Source of the DNA: a virus
Lineage: Duplodnaviria > Caudoviricetes
Virus record (IMG/VR): IMGVR_UViG_3300051213_000590
Span: 1-37,548 of that record
Length of the DNA stretch: 37,548 nt
Strand: one strand, 5' to 3'
The notes under the pieces are model-generated. The model had not been told where the DNA came from and ran no database searches. It worked only from the letters and a program-made list of their open reading frames with translations. Both the position numbers and the translations under genes were made by a program. Positions within the stretch are counted from its first letter, which is position 1. The number at the start of each line of letters is the position of its first letter. Of the stretch, positions 34,861 to 37,548 are shown piece by piece.

Positions 34861-35099
34861 GACAAAGAGTTTGCGATTTCGTTCCAGTCAACTTCTTCCA
34901 GGTAGGCAAGAGCCAATTCTTTGGCAAGTCCATCCGAATTCTTGTATACCAAACACCGAGCATATTCGTACAGCTCGTTTGCCCTATCGTGGCTGTCGAG
35001 TTCTTGCCACCCCCACACGACTTCTTGAATCTCGAGGTCTGAAAACACTTCGAGGTTCACTTTCCAAGTGGCGAAATTCGCCCATCCGTTGTATCTCAT
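34857..35099 (-). CDS. Conserved phage early protein
   Basis: YNGWANFATW.V.L...VDW.EIA motif. Confidence 0.7.
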   Translation of the reverse strand: MRYNGWANFATWKVNLEVFSDLEIQEVVWGWQELDSHDRANELYEYARCLVYKNSDGLAKELALAYLEEVDWNEIANSLS

Positions 35100-35100
35100 C

Positions 35101-35277
35101 TCAGTATTTTGTAACGGTTAGACACACATTTTCTTGCTCGTCAATCCAGCCGGTGATTCGGCAAGTCTTGCGACGAATTACACTGCGACCATTCTTGCGA
35201 ACCTCCCACAGGAAGGCGTCAGCGTTCAGCCCCCATACAGAGAACAGACCGCGAATTCTTGATTCGTTAGTTTTCAT
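35101..35277 (-). CDS. Hypothetical 58-aa protein
   Basis: Translated by hand: MKTNESRIRGLFSVW...VTKY. Confidence 0.55.
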   Translation of the reverse strand: MKTNESRIRGLFSVWGLNADAFLWEVRKNGRSVIRRKTCRITGWIDEQENVCLTVTKY

Positions 35278-35456
35278 TTCTTGTCTACTTTTTGCCAGCC
35301 ATAGCCCGCGTAATATCCTGGACGATTGTTGTCATATACCTCAAAGTATTTTTTGAGAGTCTTGAATTTCTTGGTGCGCTCAGGGATGGACACAATACTG
35401 CCCACGAAGAACACGGTTTTCCTAGACCTTTGGTCTTTCAAGTAGTACTCAATCAT
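35274..35456 (-). CDS. Hypothetical protein
   Basis: ATGA-coupled ORF. Confidence 0.55.
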   Translation of the reverse strand: MIEYYLKDQRSRKTVFFVGSIVSIPERTKKFKTLKKYFEVYDNNRPGYYAGYGWQKVDKK

Positions 35457-35538
35457 TTTTGATAGCCTCGATTAGTTGATACGCTGTGAACACGCCCACA
35501 ATTGTGAGCACGAGAACGATGACGATTGAACCGAACAT
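35449..35538 (-). CDS. 29-aa single-TM peptide
   Basis: MFGSIVIVLVLTIVGVFTAYQLIEAIKND; A-rich start context. Confidence 0.45.
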   Translation of the reverse strand: MFGSIVIVLVLTIVGVFTAYQLIEAIKND

Positions 35539-35549
35539 TTCTTTTTTTT

Positions 35550-35870
35550 TTACAGCCACCGAGGGCTAACAAAACGGTCTACACTTGAATTCTTGGATTC
35601 TTGGATTCTTGCAGGCTTAACCTTCACAATCCTCCTTTGTATTGAGCTACGACCCACCGAAGAGGCTCGAAACATAGATCCTCCTGAGCCTACTGCATGG
35701 AATGAACGTGCGCCACCGCCATGCACGCCGCCACCTTTGCCGCCACCGCCGCCCACTATGAACGTAGGACGCCCCGTGCAGCTATCGAAGTTCGCGAACT
35801 GAGCAGAGCACACACCGCCCCCAATTATTGAGAGCAGCACAACAAAACACATGACTTTTGAATTCATCAT
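35550..35870 (-). CDS. Putative secreted Gly-rich basic protein
   Basis: Signal-peptide-like N-terminus with cleavage VCSA|Q, a Gly-rich tract and an Arg/Lys-rich tail. Confidence 0.55.
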   Translation of the reverse strand: MMNSKVMCFVVLLSIIGGGVCSAQFANFDSCTGRPTFIVGGGGGKGGGVHGGGARSFHAVGSGGSMFRASSVGRSSIQRRIVKVKPARIQESKNSSVDRFVSPRWL

Positions 35871-35920
35871 TAACGGAATTAGTTAAACGGTCATGAGCCA
35901 CCCTAATAGGCTGGCGAATT

Positions 35921-35970
35921 TGGGCCTGTGGTGGGATTCGAACCCACCTAGCACACCTAGTGCACAGGCC
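35921..35970 (-). ncRNA. Mini tRNA mimic 1 (acceptor stem plus T-arm only)
   Basis: GGCCTGTG-CACTAGGTGTGCTAG-GTGGG-TTCGAAT-CCCAC-CACAGGCC-CA. Confidence 0.7.
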
Positions 35971-36119
35971 ACCCCCAAAGAGGTTGATACCTACAGGTAG
36001 CCCCATAGGTTCAAAACACATAGTACATACACCTTTGCAGTACGCTACACACCCCACCAAACAGCCAGCACACCCCACAAAAAATGAGCACGAAGGAGCC
36101 GAAGAAAATAGAAGGGCCT

Positions 36120-36193
36120 CGCACGTGTGTACGTGTGCGCGTGTACGTGTGTACGTGTGTGCGCGTGTACGTGTGCGCGTGTGTGCGCGTGTG
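36120..36193. repeat. 74-bp perfect alternating purine-pyrimidine tract (Z-DNA prone)
   Basis: cgcacgtgtgtacgtgtgcgcgtg...gtg with no break in alternation. Confidence 0.9.
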
Positions 36194-36478
36194 AGCGTCT
36201 GCAATTTCGCCCCCCTGCACCTGCACAAACGTTCCCGGGAACGTGTGAGGGGGCCGCGCGAATATTACTAGCCGCGCCGGTCACGTTGACCTTTCCGCCC
36301 GCCCCGCAGGGTTGGGCAGATAGGTTAACTTTCACCAAATTTCGCGTCTGTGGCCTCTTGTTATTGCTTAAGGTGTGGACGCTCACCTATATACGTCCAT
36401 GCATAACGCAGCCCGCGAAATTTCCGCTAATCGTTAACCCGATATCTCAATGAACGCAACGTCGAGGATAAAATAAAT

Positions 36479-36527
36479 GAGCACACGTAGGAATCGAACC
36501 TACCGGGGCCGCCGTTCGGCGTGTGCT
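36479..36527 (-). ncRNA. Mini tRNA mimic 2 (acceptor stem plus T-arm only)
   Basis: AGCACAC-GCCGAACGGCGGCCCCG-GTAGG-TTCGATT-CCTAC-GTGTGCT-C. Confidence 0.7.
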
Positions 36528-36537
36528 GGTGCGGAAC

Positions 36538-36927
36538 TTATTCCGCCGTATCGCAAATAATTTGATACAAGTCGTATGCACTCATGATAGATGCGTGAAT
36601 CGATTCGGCCGTATGAACGAATGAGGTAGTAAATGCCCGCGCCGTATCTCCTCCCGCTACTGCAGAAAAATTGATATCGGCCGAATTAAACACGCTAACG
36701 CCGTTAACCTCCACACGAATCGTGTGCATAGCCGTCAGGCTCCAACTTGTTTTCGATGTAGCCTTCGCCGCGCGCATACCTAGCGCGAATTTGGCGAAAC
36801 GATTCGCGGCAATTGCTACGGCGGTGCGTTCACTTACGGCGCGCTCGACGTCGACTGCAAGGTGGCGAACAATTGTTCCGCGCTTCGCATGGCAAATTGC
36901 CATTACTTCGATTTGGGTAGTTTCCAT
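36538..36927 (-). CDS. Hypothetical protein, probable first early gene
   Basis: 129-aa ORF downstream of the TACCTTTG box. Confidence 0.7.
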   Translation of the reverse strand: METTQIEVMAICHAKRGTIVRHLAVDVERAVSERTAVAIAANRFAKFALGMRAAKATSKTSWSLTAMHTIRVEVNGVSVFNSADINFSAVAGGDTARAFTTSFVHTAESIHASIMSAYDLYQIICDTAE

Positions 36928-37014
36928 AACTGAAAAAATTTAAGGGTTTGTTATTCATTGTTATTCGGTCGGCGGGTTGCATCCGTTGACGCCCCCCCTT
37001 CGTTCCGACCTTGA

Positions 37015-37022
37015 CAAAGGTA
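37015..37022 (-). promoter_or_regulatory. Bacteroidota-type -7 promoter box (TACCTTTG), candidate early promoter
   Basis: Exact TAnnTTTG on -, about 90 nt upstream of ORF 36927. No -33 TTTG at canonical spacing. Confidence 0.55.
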
Positions 37023-37304
37023 CGAACAACTTTCGCCGATTGATTCACTCGGATGCAAAAAAATTCGAGAAAATAGCCGCTATATATATGTAGACTTTGC
37101 CACCAGCACCGAAAAAATAGCGGACGCGCGTCCCATATGGGGAAAAATTAGCGCCGATTCGATGCGCCAAACATCGAACGAAGGAACGCCACACACCCAA
37201 ACAGTTTGGTACTAGTAATTACGCTAAATGCAAATAACTAAAACAAAACGGTCGGATGTTGTTACTAATTAAATGCAAGTAATTCGAATGTATAAACTAG
37301 TGCC

Positions 37305-37457
37305 ATCGACGAAACAAGGGAAAAAATTATACACCCCCGAATTTTATACTACCGACGAAACAGCGGAAAAATTTATACACCCAAAATTTATACTATCGAC
37401 GAAAGGGGGGAAAACATTATACACCCCGAACGTATAAATCCGTGAAACATCGACGAA
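37305..37457. repeat. Three ~45-bp imperfect tandem repeats plus a partial fourth
   Basis: A(T/C)CGACGAAA...GGAAAA..TTATACACCC...TATA units start at 37305, 37351, 37395; ATCGACGAA again at 37449. Confidence 0.85.
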
Positions 37458-37548
37458 TGCGTGAAACATACGTGGAAAATACGTTGCAAACGGCTGAAAC
37501 CCCTGTATTTGCTGGCACTCCAGGGGTAGGGGGGTGCCAAAATTATAC

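Larger units (their letters stand above)
32429..35611 (-). repeat. Dispersed strand-polarised CAAGAAT motif field
   Basis: 20 exact ATTCTTG copies on + and about 50 TCTTG cores, counted by hand; the opposite orientation is almost absent. Confidence 0.85.

Noticed and set aside
35782-36453. ORFs with HTRTRAH or VCARV repeats on both strands
   Set aside because: Translations of the alternating purine-pyrimidine tract, which lacks stop codons.
37305-37457. CRISPR-like array
   Set aside because: Units are degenerate tandem repeats without unique spacers; no cas genes.
1-37548. Stop-codon reassignment
   Set aside because: Core genes are full length under the standard code, and TAA, TGA and TAG all serve as stops.

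Overview
The window looks like a complete or near-complete 37.5-kb HK97-type siphovirus genome, probably cut close to its cos end. A Bacteroidota (Flavobacteria-like) host is inferred from TAnnTTTG promoter boxes, A-rich start regions lacking Shine-Dalgarno motifs, and a signal peptide followed by Gln. The + strand (about 0.4-22.6 kb) carries HNH, VRR-NUC, terS/terL, portal, a fused extra-domain/protease/major capsid gene, neck and tail genes (with a -1 frameshift chaperone), tape measure, tail tip/fibres and a lysis region interrupted by a PAPS-reductase-family gene. The - strand (about 22.6-36.9 kb) carries a metallophosphoesterase, a primase-less D5/SF3 helicase, SSB, a two-chain C5 methyltransferase with a nested alternative-frame gene, tRNA-Ile2(CAT), MazG, DUF3310, Gp88-like and many small early ORFs. 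I saw no integrase, repressor or DNA polymerase. The most unusual signals are non-coding: (1) about 20 strand-polarised copies of CAAGAAT woven through early genes in all three frames; (2) two ~50-nt tRNA mimics with only acceptor stem and T-arm, plus a third tRNA-like RNA with an expanded core; (3) a 74-bp perfect purine/pyrimidine-alternating tract; (4) convergent GGGTGAC iterons at the left end and 45-bp repeats at the right end. Several neck and tail proteins carry grafted extra domains. All protein calls come from motif recognition by eye, and counts were made by hand; no database searches were run.
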